Both the position numbers and the translations under genes were made by a program. Positions 13,181 to 26,284 of a stretch of DNA of 64,000 bases are shown piece after piece. The notes below the pieces were generated by a model, which had not been told where the DNA came from, did not search any database, and saw only the letters and a program-made list of their open reading frames with translations. Every line of letters starts with the position of its first letter. The stretch's first letter is position 1. Origin of the DNA: Chiloscyllium plagiosum (taxonomy: Eukaryota); the NCBI RefSeq assembly GCF_004010195.1, contig NC_057743.1:18699759-18763758 (forward strand). Direction: 5' to 3'.

Positions 13181-14365
13181 TTTGTTATGGCTCCAGACAG
13201 AATATGTCAAATCATTAAGCTCCTGAATTAGGAAGGTTGAAATGGCTTCCCTTCGTTATTACCTGTCTTTTTGGTTGGTCGCAACAGGTTAATTTAAAAT
13301 AGGTCTCTTTTCTTGTGAATATCTTTCTCCCAGATCAAATGACTTTGTTTTAAAAGGAACCAATTAGAACGTAAGAACTCTGAGCAGGAGGAGATAGTTC
13401 TGCTTTGCCATTTAACATCATCATGGCTGATCTCGTTTCTCCTTTCTTTAGATGCAGTACAGGGATTTTAATAGGTGCCCTAAAGTTGTGACCTTAAATG
13501 CACATTAGTTAACACACTAATACTTCAGGACATGAACATGCACAGATCAGGGTTGCAGTTTTAAAATTTTTTTTTAATATATTCCTGTCATGGTAATACA
13601 GGAGATGGCTTTCTGGGACTGCATAATGGGAAAGACATGGGGACAGGATCTAGAGGGTTCTATTCTAAAGGGGGTGTAGGAGAACAAGGACCCAGGTCTA
13701 TATGTGCATAGGTCAACCAAGGTGGGAGGACAGGTTCAGTGATCAATCAATAAAGAATAAAGCACAAGAGCAAGGAGATTATGTTGAACTTGTATAAGAT
13801 GCTGATTGGACCTCAGCTGGGGTACTGTAGTCAGTTTGACACACCAAACTTTAGGCCAAATGTGAAGATAATGAAACACACACAACAGCCTTATGAGAAT
13901 GGTTGCAGGGGTGAGGAATTTCAAATTATAAGTATAGATTTAAGAAGTTGGTTTGATAAATTCCAAGCCAATTCCAGAGATTGTCTTGTTTTCAATACAA
14001 TTTCCTTCGGTGAAGAGACTTTAACTTCCTCAATCTTACCCATTTTTACTTCACACCCAGTGTTACAGGTGCTCCCTGTGTATGTGGTTTTAAAATTTAA
14101 AGACATTTCTAAACTTATGAATGTGATTAACTAGACATTACAACAGGAACCTTTCTCCTTGGAGAATAAAATGATAAGAGAATATCTGATTGAAGCATTC
14201 AAAATCATGAGGGCACATGTTAGATTAAATAGTAACAGAAGTAAAACTGACACTGAAAAACTTTTTTGCGCAGCAAGTAGTTAGGGTTGGAATGCACTAT
14301 CTGAGGATGACGTGGAGGCAAGTTTATTTGAGGATTCCAAAAGGTTATTGGAATTGTAGCCAAGT

Positions 14366-14900
14366 CCCATAACCATGATGACGGCCCCAACCATGATCTT
14401 GGGTTCATGTTGTGCTACATGTAACTCCACCACACTGTTCTGTGTTTGCAAAATCTTCCTCACTGTTCTGTTTTGATACCATCCCTTGATAACTTATTAT
14501 TTCTCTACCTTAATTAGTTTGTAGAGTTTTGGATTACTTGCTACTTCGGTTAGAACCTTGTTATGCAACTCTGTACCTATTGTGTTATCCCAGTCATTTA
14601 GTTTGTCTCTGGCACAATCTTACTTTTGAGTTTTTGTAATTATTTCTCTGCCTTAATGTCCCTTCGCTTACTATTCAGCTGTTGACACTTTTGATCACCT
14701 GCCAAAGACTTGTTATTCAGCCTGTCGACACTCCACCAACACCATTATGCTGTCCTATTTGTCCTATCTCTCCACCTATAAATTCTGTGTCTGTGTGCTT
14801 CCTTTCACTTCACCTGATGAAGGAGCAGTGTGCCAAAAGTTTATGATTTCAAATAAACCTGTTGGACTGTAACCTGGTGTTGTGTGACTTCTGACTTTGA
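14366..14900 (+). mobile_element. 3' fragment of the same Penelope family as 1263-4071
   Basis: Reverse complement of sequence at ~1280-2190; ends CACCTGATGAAGGAGCAG...AATAAACCTGTTGGACT...CTGGTGTTGTGTGA. Confidence 0.8.
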
Positions 14901-16257
14901 CTACAAATATGCAGGGGAATAGTAAAAGTGCACCCAGAATATAGTGTGACATTTTGGAATGACATACTCGAGACTGCAACAAAGTTCATTGGATTGATTA
15001 CTGGGATGAGGGGAATTGTCTTATGAAAAGTAATTCAACAGAATAGGTCTAATTCCTAGAATTCAGAATGAGAGGTGATCCATTTGAAATATAAAATATT
15101 CATAAGAAGGGCTTGGCAAAGTAGAAACTGAGAGAAAGCTTTCACCAGCAGGGGCATCTAGAATGGAAATAGAAGAGTAATCAGAAACTCAGAATATGAG
15201 CTGAGAAATTCTATAATTTTAAGTAATGAAAATCTTTAGAACCTTCTTCACCAGAGAGCTGTGAGTGTCCTTTCAAACCTGGAGCTCAATGGATTTTTGA
15301 GTACTAATGGAATTGAGGAACAGAGGGATCATATAGGAAGGTGAAGGAGGAGCGCTCCAAAACCTAGTGCTTCCAAATAAACCTGTTGGACCTGTTGTGT
15401 GATTTTTAACTTTGTACACCCCAGTCCAACACCTGCACCTCCAAATCATACAGGAAAGATTTGAGTTAGAACATCAGATATATAGATTTCTTCTGCTCGA
15501 TTACATCGAGTACTCCAATGTTCAGAAAACCGAAAGACTTTGGATGCTGGAAACCAGAAACAAAAACAGAAATTGCTGGAAAAACTCAGCAGGTCTGGAA
15601 GCATCTGTACAGAGAAATCAGAGTTAACACTTCCAGTCCAATGACCCTTGTTCATAACAGAACAAAAAAAAAACTGACCTCCCATGTTCAGCACAGACCG
15701 AATAAAGTTTCTACTCAGCATCTACCTGGCAACCCCAGAAGTATAGCTACTTCATGAGTGTCTTGCTTTCCATCAGAAAAGTTATTTTTTCCTGAATTAA
15801 GGTAACTTTTTAGTGGTAAAATTTAAATTCTCAAGCCTAATAACTCAAGAATTGAATAAGTCTCAGCCACTCAATGAGACTAATGGTACCTAGCATAGTG
15901 TTGACTTGTTAGCACATTTTAACTGGGATAATACTGATACTTAATACTAGTGTCCCCTTAGCTTAGGATCTTAGGAATTCAATCAGAACTCCTGCTCCAA
16001 TTCTTTGTAGAAAACCACATGAAAAATATATGTGCAAGTTTGCCTTCAACTGTGAGACATCTGTTGCTGAATGATTGCAAATACTTCATTCATGGGGAAA
16101 ACGATAAGTTTGATAAAACTATCAGCGTGAGATCAGTGCATCCACAGAACTTTGCTCTTGCATGGGCCAAAACCTTCAAGCAAAGAGATACACACATTGT
16201 TAAATATTTAGTTTTTAAGGTGTTGATCGTGCTGCAGTGTGAGACACTGATGCTTAC

Positions 16258-16380
16258 CTCCGAGTAGAGTGAGTCTGCTATATCCATCTTCTTCATTCTG
16301 TAAAACACGTTAGCCATGTGAAAATATCCACCAGCTGTCCGAATATCAGATGCACCAAACACTTGCGTGGCATGGTAAAT
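16258..16380 (-). CDS. ZMYND12: ZMYND12 coding exon 5 (IYHATQVFGASDIRTAGGYFHMANVF...SLYSE)
   Basis: DIRTxGGYFHxAN motif as in human; CAG/GTAAG sites, 123 nt. Confidence 0.93.
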
Positions 16381-16400
16381 CTGTTGAGAATAAATATCTG

Positions 16401-16907
16401 TTTGTGAGTTTTGAGAAGATTTGTAGCTCAGGTTGAGGTTCTGGATGTGCGTTTGCTCGCTGAGGCTGGAAGGTTCCTGTTCATACATTTCGTCACCCCA
16501 CCAGGTAACGTCTTCAGCGAGCCTCCGGACAAAGCTTTGCTGATGATTCCTGCTTTCTATTATATGTTTAAGTTTCTTTGAGTTGGTGATATCATTTCCT
16601 GTTCTTTTTCGCAGGGGGTGGTGAATCAGGATAAAGTTCCCCTATCAACAAACATATTGGCTTGGACCCGATTTACCACCCCCTATATGTCTGTTGATAG
16701 GGGAACTTTATCCTGATTCACCACCCCCTGAGAAAAAGAACACGAAATGACATCACCACAGGAAATGACATCACCAACCCAAACATATAAATAGAAAGCA
16801 TGAATCATCAGCAATGTTTTGTCCGGAGGCTCACTGAAGATGTTACTGAGTATGGTGATGAAACATCTGAACATGAACCTTCCAGCTCAGCGAGCAAACC
16901 TACATCC
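16401..16907. mobile_element. Fold-back Penelope-like element with 14-bp TSD
   Basis: Arms ~16440-16657 and ~16686-16910 are inverted; TSD AGAATAAATATCTG at 16387-16400 and 16908-16921; centre encodes an INKHIxLDPIY remnant. Confidence 0.85.
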
Positions 16908-18032
16908 AGAATAAATATCTGCACTTCATTTCACAACTTTCAAAATAAAAATAGGTCTGATAATGCAGGATCTATCCACCATGTTTTATTTTAAACAAAT
17001 AGTAAAACTATCTTATTACAGGCACATAAAACAGAAATATTCTTGATTATATTTTATGTCTGCCTGTCGGGCTGAAATGGTGTGGACAACCAGAATGACT
17101 TGGTGCAATTCCAGGTCTTTTGGTTAAAAAATCATCCAGCTGCATCAGTCAAAACAAATGTGTGAACAATTTAATGGGAATGGCAGTATTCTGTACTAAG
17201 TAAAATTCTATCTGGATAAAACAGCCAGTCTGGTTTTCGTGCTCACAATCTTTTGCCTCAGGGGCAAAAGTGTTATGACTGAGCTGTAACACAAAAGAAT
17301 GCTAAACGTATAGAGCCATAGCGTTGTATAGCATGGAGATAGACCCTTTGGCACAAACCGGTCCATGCTATCCAAAATGTCTAATCTTGCTAACCCCATT
17401 TCTTTGCATTTGGCCCATATCCTTCCAAACCTTTCCTATCCATTTGTTTGTTCAAATGCCTTTTAAATATTATTAATGTACCCACCTTAATCACTTCTGC
17501 TGACAGCTCGTTCCACATACATACCACCCTCTCTGTACAAAAGTTGCCCCTCAGGTTCCCTTTCCACTCTAATTCTAGTCTTTGATTCCACAACTCTGGG
17601 AAAAAGACTGAGTGCATTCACCCTATCCATGCCTCTCATGATCTTATACACTTTTATAAGATTCCCCCCCCCCCCCCACCCCCGCCACACCTCACAGTCT
17701 CCATGATAGAATGGTTTACAGGAAGGAAATGAAAGATTTGGTCTCAATGTTGTTCCAGCTTCAGCAATTCTCTCAGACAAGATTCAACACCCTTATGATT
17801 AAATGTCTGCTGACACTTTCTTGGCTGAGGAGCCTGGGTATTATTCCCAAATCCCACATCACAGTTAAAGTCTTTTAGAATGAGGGAAGGAAAAATATGA
17901 AGGAATTTCTAAAAATAAACTTTTGTACTGTCTATCTATACATCAAACTATCTATACATCAAACCATTCTCTTCCATATAGGCAAAAACTGAGCTGAACA
18001 CTACAGTTATAAGACAATTCTCAGCTACTTAC

Positions 18033-18202
18033 ATCATCAGCAAAGTACCAGAGTGCTTTCTCGTTGTCACATTTGGCTGTGTACAAAAGGCCCAGGTTTC
18101 GGAATAATTTGTATTGGACAGCAGTAACACATTCTGTGGTCCTCATCACTGTCCAATGAGCCTGAGAGAGATAGTCTTCTGCTTCATCTAACTGGCCAAG
18201 GC
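18033..18202 (-). CDS. ZMYND12: ZMYND12 coding exon 4 (LGQLDEAEDYLSQAHWTV...RNLGLLY...FADD)
   Basis: Inside ORF 18021..18224; TPR-like segment; CAG/GTAAGT sites, 170 nt. Confidence 0.93.
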
Positions 18203-18704
18203 CTGGGCAACATTCAGTACACAAAAAAGGTCAAATTACTAATTGAACATTAATAGAACAAGGCTCAAAAATATACCATCTCAGTCGAGTGGCACAAAGC
18301 CATGGACAGCTCAGTTACCCTGATTACCGGTTAGTGATCTTTGCCTAAAAGTGTCCATGTTTAGTTCTTTGATATTGTCAGTTTCAAGTTCTATGGCATT
18401 GCTTCCAGTCAAATATTCTGCTAACACTGACTTTCTCAGCTCATACATGAAAAGAGCTATTTGGGCAAGGTACTGATGGAATACTGGCACCAGCTAATGC
18501 TGCATATAAGGCCTCACAAATCAGTGATGGTTTATTCTGCTGACTCTATTTTAAAAATATATTATCTTTGTCATAGCCCAGAGGGGAAAAAACAGTATTA
18601 TTTGGAATGTGAACATACTGGTTGTCTAGTTTGAAATATACAAGATGTGTCACAGCAGTATGAGCCAATCAGCAGTTTATCAGTGACCTTCTGTCCATCA
18701 GAAT

Positions 18705-19500
18705 GTCAGAAGTGGGGATGATTGCACAATGTTCAGCGTCATTCATGACTCCTCAGATACTGAAGCAGCAACAAGATCACACAATATCCTGCTTGGGCTG
18801 ACAACACTTGCATTATACAAATGACATTTAATGGTGTTACCATCACTGAATTCCCCCACTATCAACATCCTTGGGGTTACCATTGACCGGAAATTCAACT
18901 GGGCTCGCTACATGTGGCTACAACAGCAGGTCAGAGGCTAGGGATACTGCATTAAGTAACTCACCATCTGACTCTCACAACCTGTCCACCATCTACAAGG
19001 CACAAGTCAGGAGTGTGATGGAACACTCATCACTTGCCTGGATGGGTGCACCTCAAACAACAATCAACAAGCTCGACAGCATCAAGGACAAAGTAGCCCG
19101 CTTGACTAGCACCATATCCACATGCATCCATTCCCTCCTCCACCGATGCTCAGTAGCAGCAATGTGTACTATCTACAAGATGCACTATAGAAATTCACTG
19201 AAGATCCTCAGACAGCACCTTCCAAATCCACGAGAACTTCTATGTAGAAGGACAAGTGCAGCACATACACGAGAATACCACCACTTCATCATCCTGACTT
19301 GGAAATACATTGCCATTCCTTCACTGTCACCGGGTCAAAATCCAGGAAATCCCCCCCTAAGGGCATTGTAGGTCAACCATTGTAGACTGCAGTGGTTCGT
19401 AGGCATCTCACCATCTCCACCTTGAGAGCAACCAGGGAAAGGCAATAAATGCTGGCCAGCCAGTGATGCCCACGTTCCATGTGTGAATAATAAAAAAAAA
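18705..19500 (+). mobile_element. Non-LTR retrotransposon (CR1/L2-group) 3' fragment with A-rich tail
   Basis: TIYKAQVRSVMEHSSLAW in ORF 18871..19371; ends AATAATAAAAAAAAA. Confidence 0.8.
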
Positions 19501-19858
19501 CTTCTGATGAATCTGTTGTGCAATATATTCTTCATGAGGTACAGTGTCCGGAACTACATGACTCTAAACAGGTCAATCCACACCTTTATCTAACTTCTAC
19601 TCCTTTGTATTCCATTCTCCTTGGTGTAAAGGCCAATATCCATTACCTTTCAAAATTACCTGTTGTATCTATTCACCAGCTTTTAGCAATTTCTGTTCTT
19701 GGATTTCTAAATCTCATAGCTTCTCATCATTTACAAGATGATCTGATCTCTTTCATAGGTTCAAAGTAGATGGTTTGATCAGCTCATGCTGACAGTTTAA
19801 TAATTGTACAGCTCCACACAAGTGAGAAGTCCCCAAATAACATGCAAGGCATTCTTAC

Positions 19859-20030
19859 CAATACTAGCCTCTGCCAAGAGTAATTGTGATGGCACTAGCT
19901 CAGCAGAGGTGTTGCCATAAACAGCATTTGCAAAGCGCAAAGACTGCAAGGCTCCAGGAATAGCTTCCTCATGTTTACCCTCGAAAAGAAGCTTCTGGGC
20001 CACTATGCGGGTCAGGTTAATGAGATGTTT
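19859..20030 (-). CDS. ZMYND12: ZMYND12 coding exon 3 (KHLINLTRIVAQKLLFEGKHEEAIPGALQSLRF...LAEASI)
   Basis: Inside ORF 19797..20057; resembles human AQKYLFEGKHEDAVPAALQSLRF; CAG/GTAAG sites, 172 nt. Confidence 0.93.
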
Positions 20031-20415
20031 CTGTAAAACAGCAAAAGCATAAGACAAATCTCAAGTAACGAATTTTTGTTCAATAGAATTATGTCAGCAA
20101 AGCAGGTAGTTAATAGAATTACTGACAAGCATCCATGTACAAAACTGCCAATTTAAAACTTTCTTGTTCAAATTTTCCTTCTAGCTCCCTTGCAAGTTTT
20201 TCCGTAGAACATGGCAGCACTCCATTACTGCACAAAGTGCCATTTTTCATAAGTAAGTGAGACAATGGATGAGAATACAGGCTCAGGCAGGGCAAAGTTA
20301 GATGACGTTAAGGAGGCTTTGATGAAGGAGTTGGTGTGTCGTCGGCAGTTCAACTTCGGATGCAATATGATTCCAAGTTTGTAAACAAGACCAAAACCAT
20401 ATACAGTATTAAGTT

Positions 20416-20645
20416 CAAAAACAAAAACAGAAATTGCTGGAAAAGCTCAGCAGGTCTGGCAGCATCTGTGGTGAAAAACCAGAGATAACGTTTTGGGTCA
20501 AGTGTCTCTTCCTCAGTTCTGACCGAGGGTCACTCGACCCGAAATGTTAACTCTGGTTTTGCTCCACAGATGCTGCCAGAGCTAAGTTTCCAGCAATTTC
20601 TGTTTTTGTTTCTGCTTTACAGCATCCACAGTTCTTTTGGTTTTA
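20416..20645. mobile_element. Short fold-back element with degenerate hammerhead motifs at the apex
   Basis: AAACAGAAATTGCTGGAAA...GGCAGCATCTGTGG inverted as CCACAGATGCTGCC...TTTCCAGCAATTTCTGTTT; GGGTC-ACTC-GACCC-GAAA at 20527-20544. Confidence 0.8.
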
Positions 20646-21209
20646 ATTACTTTATATTAAATTGATGTTCTAGTCCAAAGTTAAAAATCACACAACACCA
20701 AGTTATAGTCCAATAGGTTTATTTGAAAGTACGAGCTTTTAGAGCGCTGCTCCTTTGTCAGGTACCTCCATATTCTAGTACAATACTAAAGGAATGCAAA
20801 TTTTCAAATATTAAACATTAAACTGAGGCGATGTCTCTTACTTAGTTGTATGTAAAAATCTATGGCAATACTTGAAGAACATGGGATATTCTGGACAACT
20901 CTATTAGAAATGTTACTTGGTATTCCACCTACAGTCACTGTGGGAACTTGCTAATTGACCATCATATTTGCCTTTATAACAATGAATGCATTTCCTAATA
21001 CAGGTCTTCAGTTTAAACAGGATTTGACCTGGCTCAGACTCATGGTCAGTATCTTGAAAGCACTCACTGTCTAAGATCACATACCAAAGGGCTAGTAGCT
21101 CTCTAGGAACTGTATTCCCAGCAATACATACTGTCTCAGTGCCTTCAGGGGAAGAGGAAATTGGAGCAACAATAAATCACTGAATGAATATGAAAGCAGC
21201 TTAGTGTAC

Positions 21210-21351
21210 CTGTCTCTGGATCATCTGCTCCTCATTGTGTTTTCTCTCTTTTGCAGAGCTGAGGAATGTCGGTGCTGTCCGTATTGGAATCAGAAGCTGG
21301 CAAATCTTCTCATGAATCCCATTCCAGTCTGCTTCTTGGTGTGCTACATCA
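21210..21351 (-). CDS. ZMYND12: ZMYND12 coding exon 2 (DVAHQEADWNGIHEKICQLLIPIRT...QRQ)
   Basis: HQxADWxxIHEKICQLL MYND C-terminal half; TTTTGTCAG acceptor, GT donor; 142 nt, phase fits exons 1 and 3. Confidence 0.93.
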
Positions 21352-24282
21352 CTGACAAAAAAAAATGAACATATTCTTGGCAGACTATCCTTAAAAAAAA
21401 CAAGTTACATTTGCTGATGTAGCCTAATAGAAACAAACATATTGTAGATCCAACAAAAGAACTTGCATTATATCACATCACTCAGAAATGCCCCAGTGCA
21501 CACCCCATACAATATATTAATCACTGTTGGGTTATATATAACTGAAATAGTGATTTTGAACATAGAAATGCCTGGTAAAGAGCAGCAGGATAAGTGACTG
21601 ATGAGTCTGACCTTGGCTTGGCTGAGAGTGGAATAATGGCCAAGTGAATTCTCTGCTTTTCTTTGAACAGTGCCAAAGGATCTTTTAGTATGCAACAGAA
21701 CAACTGAATCAAGCAGACAGAATCTGTGAAACTACTCAGACTGTACAATATATCTTCACTGAAATCTAGATTAATCCCCACGTCTTGCAGTGAATTTGCA
21801 GCAGTCTGATTCAAAGGCAAGAATATGACCAAACAAGCCAGCTCACATTTAAATATATTCCTTTAATTCCACACACAGTTCCTAATCTCAATTATGCTAC
21901 TGTTTTGAAGCATTGAACAGAAACCCAGTGATCCTACTTGGAAGGAGGAGAAACCAGAGGAAGAGTTACTCCTGTAGGTTTGGGAATCACAGATGCCCAA
22001 TAAGGGAAGTTGAACTCAACGAATTTAGTGTATTTAATAAGTACTTTATTGAAAAGCAACATTTTTAAAAGTTAGGTAATTAAAGCAAAGTAGATAGGAA
22101 AAGCATAAGAACCATGACAGCTAAGAATGGTTTGACAGTCCAGGAGGGTGAAGGCATGGATAGTGCAGTGTGAGTGCTGATTTCTATAGCTTGTCAGCTG
22201 CTTTCTGTCCAAAAGGTGTGATCCAGAAGATGGGTCTGTGACAACTGATCAATGCCAGATTCCAGGCCGATTGGCACGCTGATACATTATTATTATACTG
22301 ATAATTATAATGCTCTGTTTCTGGGAGGCCGGAGTTCCCTAGTGAGCCAAGGCATTTTTTGCTCCATTTCAATGCCTTATATTTTACATATTCATATTCA
22401 TATTTGATTTATTACTGTCATGTGTACCGTGGTACAGTGAAAAGTGTTGTCTTACGTGCTTTACAGGCAGATCGTACTATACAAGTGCATCAGGTAAAAA
22501 GAACAGAGTGCAGGATATAACGTTACAGCTGCCAAGAAGGTGTAGCGAAAGATTAACATTAAAGAGGTCCATTCAAAAGTCTGATAACAGCAGAGAAGAA
22601 GCTGCTCTTGAATCTGTTGGTATGTGAACACAAACCTTTATATCTTCTACACAATGGAAGAGAGTGGAAGAGACCTTAACCAGGGTGTGAAGTACATTTG
22701 ATTACGTTGATTGCTTTCCTGAGGCAGTGGGAAATATACATGAAGTCAATGGTTGGGAAGTTGGTATACATGATGGACTGGTTTGTGTTCACAACTCTCT
22801 GTAGTTTCTTTTGGTCATTGGAAGACCTGTTACCATACCATGCAGTGAAGCCTCCAAATAGGATGCTTTCTGTGGTGCATCTATAAAAATTTGTCAGAGT
22901 TTTTATGGACATGCCGAATTTCCTTAAGCCTTCTGAGGAAGTAGGGGCATTTCTGTGCTTTCTCAACAGCAGTATTAATGTAGGTGGACCAGAACAGGCT
23001 GTTGGTGATTATCACTCCCAGGAACTTGACATTCTCAATCATCTCCACCTCAGCATCCACTGATTCATAAAGGGGGATGCAGTCCACTCCGCTTCCTGAA
23101 TTCAATGACCAGCATCTTAATTTTGCTAATGTTGATGGAGATATTGTTGTCTTTACACTATGCCATTCAGCATATTATCTCCTTCCTGTACTCTGTCTCA
23201 TCATTGTTTAAGATCCAACCCCCAACAGTGGTGTCATCAGCAAATTCGTAAATGGAATTGGTGTTGAATTTGGCTGCACAGTCATGTGTGTGAAGGAGTA
23301 TAGAAAGATGTTGAATACACAACCTTGTGGGGCACCGGTGGAGGTATTGTTGCCTCTCCTTACAGACTGTGGTCTGTTGGTCAGGAAATCAAGAATCCAG
23401 TTAATGAGGGGAGAGCAGAGACCTAGGTCCTGGAGTTTGGAGATGTGTTTGTTTGGAATTATAGTGTTGAAGGCAGAGCTATCGTCAATAATTGGGAGCT
23501 TGACATATGTATCCTTTACTGTCCAGATGTTTCAGGGATGAGTATAGGACCAGGGACATGGCCTCTCCCATAGATCTGCTGCATTGGCAGGTGAACTGCA
23601 AGGGGTCAAAGCAATCTTGGAGACTGGAGTTGATATGAGCCATGACCAACCTCTTAAAACATTTCGTTATTATGGCTGCTGGAGCCACCTGGCAGTAGTC
23701 ATTGAGGCATGCTTTGGCACTGGGATGATGGTGGTTTTCTTGGTGCAGGTGGAGTCTTGAGATCAGTAAGGAGAGGTTGAAGATGTCTGAGAGTAGTTCC
23801 GCTAGCTGGACTTTACAGGATCTGATTGCACAGGTGGAGACTCCATCAGGGCTGGTTGCTCACCCTTAAGAAGGCCAATGCGGTGGTGACTGAAGGTATA
23901 GTGCATCTGAGGCTGTTGGAATAGGTGATATTGTTTCACTGCCCTTCTGTTCAAAGCGAGCATGGAATGCATTGAGCTCATTGGGTAGGGTTGTACTGTT
24001 TTCCACAATTCTTGTTGACGTTGTTTTGTAGCCCTTAATGACGTATAAGCCTTGCCATAAATGACAGGTGTCCACATGGTTAGTCTAGTTCTCAGGCTGA
24101 ATTAAGTATTGCTTCTTGGCATCTCTAATAGTCCTGCAAAGGTCATATTTGTATAGGTTAGGGCCAGCCAACTTGAACACCTTAGACCTGGACTTCACTA
24201 GGAAGTGGATATCCTGGTTCATCAATGGTTTCCAGTTGCGGAATGTTCAGATTAATTTCTTAGGCACATAGTCATCTACATA

Positions 24283-24482
24283 CAGTGTGTTTTGGTATAA
24301 CATGACAGTTGCGTTCTTGTGCAACCTCGGACTATAGAAAAGCACACTATGAAAAGCCACTATAGAAAATCGCTATACCCATTCAGTAGAAAGTTTGCAT
24401 TAAGCAAATAGTGACCACAATTCGTCAGTCACGCTATATGCAATTCGAGTTGATGAAAAATGTGCTATACCAGAATGCACTG
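24283..24482. mobile_element. Tc1/mariner-pogo (Tigger-like) MITE
   Basis: Imperfect ~21-bp TIRs CAGTGTGTTTTGGTATAACAT / rc CAGTGCATTCTGGTATAGCAC; TA on both flanks. Confidence 0.8.
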
Positions 24483-24960
24483 TACTTATAAGTGAAGTCT
24501 ATAATGGTAGTGACATACTTGTTTGGATTGGTGGTGGAGTTCTTGAATATGGACCAGTCCACTGACTCTTAGCAATCCCATAAAGGCCCTTCTGTTTCCT
24601 CAGACCAACACTGCACTACTTTCTGTACTGGGTCCTCCCACTTCAATTTCTGCTTGTAAGCCAGTGTACGAGTGCAGTGTTGTAATCTGATTTTGCAAAA
24701 TGTGGACCGAGGATGGAGCAGTATCATTGGTTAGGCATTTTTTATGGTTGCGTAGCAATGGTGAAGGATGTTCAGATTTCTGGTGAGACTGGAGAAGTGG
24801 TGGTGGAATTTTGGTAGCACATTTTTGAGGTCACTGGCTGGATGAACAAGGTTTCAGAATATTCAGTCTCAAAATTATTTATAGCTTTAAATATTTCATC
24901 ACATACACGCTTCACTTCCGCATGGAATGGGATGTAGTCCACTGTCAGGATAGTGGAGGT

Positions 24961-25590
24961 TGTTCTGGACCAGGCCAGACCCCCTCAAAACATTTCAAGA
25001 AAGAAGCCCGACCCTAACTTTGCTAGTTGTTTTAAGCAGGTGTATAGTGGACATTCCAGGAGTGATGCAGCTGGCCCAACCACTTAGTTTCAAACAAAAC
25101 AGAATTTATTTGCAAGATTACCATATGAAACACAAACAGAAGAGATCAGAATCTAGAATAACTTAATCTATCTGGACACCTAACAGATTGTCCCAACTTA
25201 ATGACGCTGTTCCAAATACTTGCAACAATCCCTGTGAACACTCCGTTGTAAACAAAATGGAAAATTCCAACACAGGGTCTTGCAGCAGAGATGTCAGAGA
25301 GAGGGAGGATCAGCATGGACCTGCTTGTTGGGTCCAGCAGCTTCACAATTGACTGCTTGCTAAAATCAAACCACAGAAAAACTGAGCTGGAAGAACTGGC
25401 CACTCCCTTTCATTGTATAAGTGTTTTTTTTTAAGTTGAAAACCCTTTGTCTGAGGCAGTATCTGTTAGCTATAATCAAGTTGACACTAAAACCCATCCA
25501 AGCCAGATCCCTCTGCAACTTTGTGTTTATGACCCTTCCAAATAAAAACCAAGGCTAACATAACCTTGTTAAAGGAGCAACATCATCACA
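24961..25590. mobile_element. Solo LTR, 630 bp
   Basis: Begins TGT, ends ACA; flanks AGGT/TGGT (4-bp TSD, one mismatch); interrupts the Rex-like LINE cleanly. Confidence 0.72.
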
Positions 25591-25919
25591 TGGTGCACTC
25601 GCGTGGCGGGTAGTACGGAGGTATTTCACTGTTAAGTATTCTAGGTCCAGGGAGCAGTGACTCTGATATTGTGGTCCTTTGAATGGGTCAATCTCGAGAT
25701 GAAACACATCCCATTTGAGCATCATGTTCCGTCCAGAAAATATTGCAATGCCAGTGCCTGCAGGAGTGCAATTTTTTCCTGCCTGCCCTTGATCTCTGGG
25801 ACTTGAATGGAGATACTGTTACAGAAAAGAAATTAATTGCAGGAAGGATGGACATGGATTTTAAAGGCAACAGTACAGTTTAAAGAAAACTTTAAAGGAG
25901 AAGGCTGGAACTTGAAGTC

Positions 25920-26068
25920 ATGATTCGGAGATGCCGGTGTTGGACTGGGGTGTACAAAGTTAAAAATCACACAACACCAGGTTATAATCCAACAGGTTGA
26001 ATTGGAAGCACTAGCTTTCGGAGCGTCGCTCCTTCATCAGGTGATAGTGGAGGGCTCAATCCTAACAC
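25920..26068 (-). mobile_element. Short Penelope terminal-repeat fragment carrying an intact hammerhead motif
   Basis: GATGCCGGTGTTGGACTGGGGTGTACAAAGTTAAAAATCACACAACACCAGG family, also seen at 15341, 20678, 34736, 38955 and 55880-56700. Confidence 0.85.
26009..26043 (-). ncRNA. Minimal type-I hammerhead ribozyme motif, intact core
   Basis: CAC-CUGAUGA-A-GGAGC(GAC)GCUCC-GAAA-GCUA-GUG: stem I CAC/GUG, stem II 5 bp, palindromic AGCU stem III. Confidence 0.75.
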
Positions 26069-26168
26069 ATTTGAAGAGCACTCCTAACACATTTGGAATT
26101 TGAAGAGCAGATTGCAAGGTGAGAGGGAGAGTTTTGGGGGAAATATATGATGATGGTCCTTTACTCAC

Positions 26169-26284
26169 CAGTAATAAGTCACCCTGCACTGGGAGCACAT
26201 AACATAAGCAGTCTTCTGGCACATCTCACACTGTAATTTAACACCCTTGGGGTTAGAAAGCGGATAAACAGGAGTACTGAGCAT
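26169..26284 (-). CDS. ZMYND12: ZMYND12 coding exon 1 (MLSTPVYPLSNPKGVKLQCEMCQKTAYVMCSQCRVTYYC), first half of MYND zinc finger
   Basis: Manual translation of minus strand; CxxC...CxxC-x-TYYC MYND pattern resembling human ZMYND12 N-terminus; GTGAGT donor, phase 2. Confidence 0.92.

Larger units (their letters stand above)
22400..25790 (-). mobile_element. Degenerate Rex1/Babar-clade LINE, interrupted by a MITE and a solo LTR
   Basis: LTNFYRCTTESIL...TAWYGN, KCFKRLVMAHI...DPLQF and LPNELNAFHARFE motifs in broken ORFs. Confidence 0.82.
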
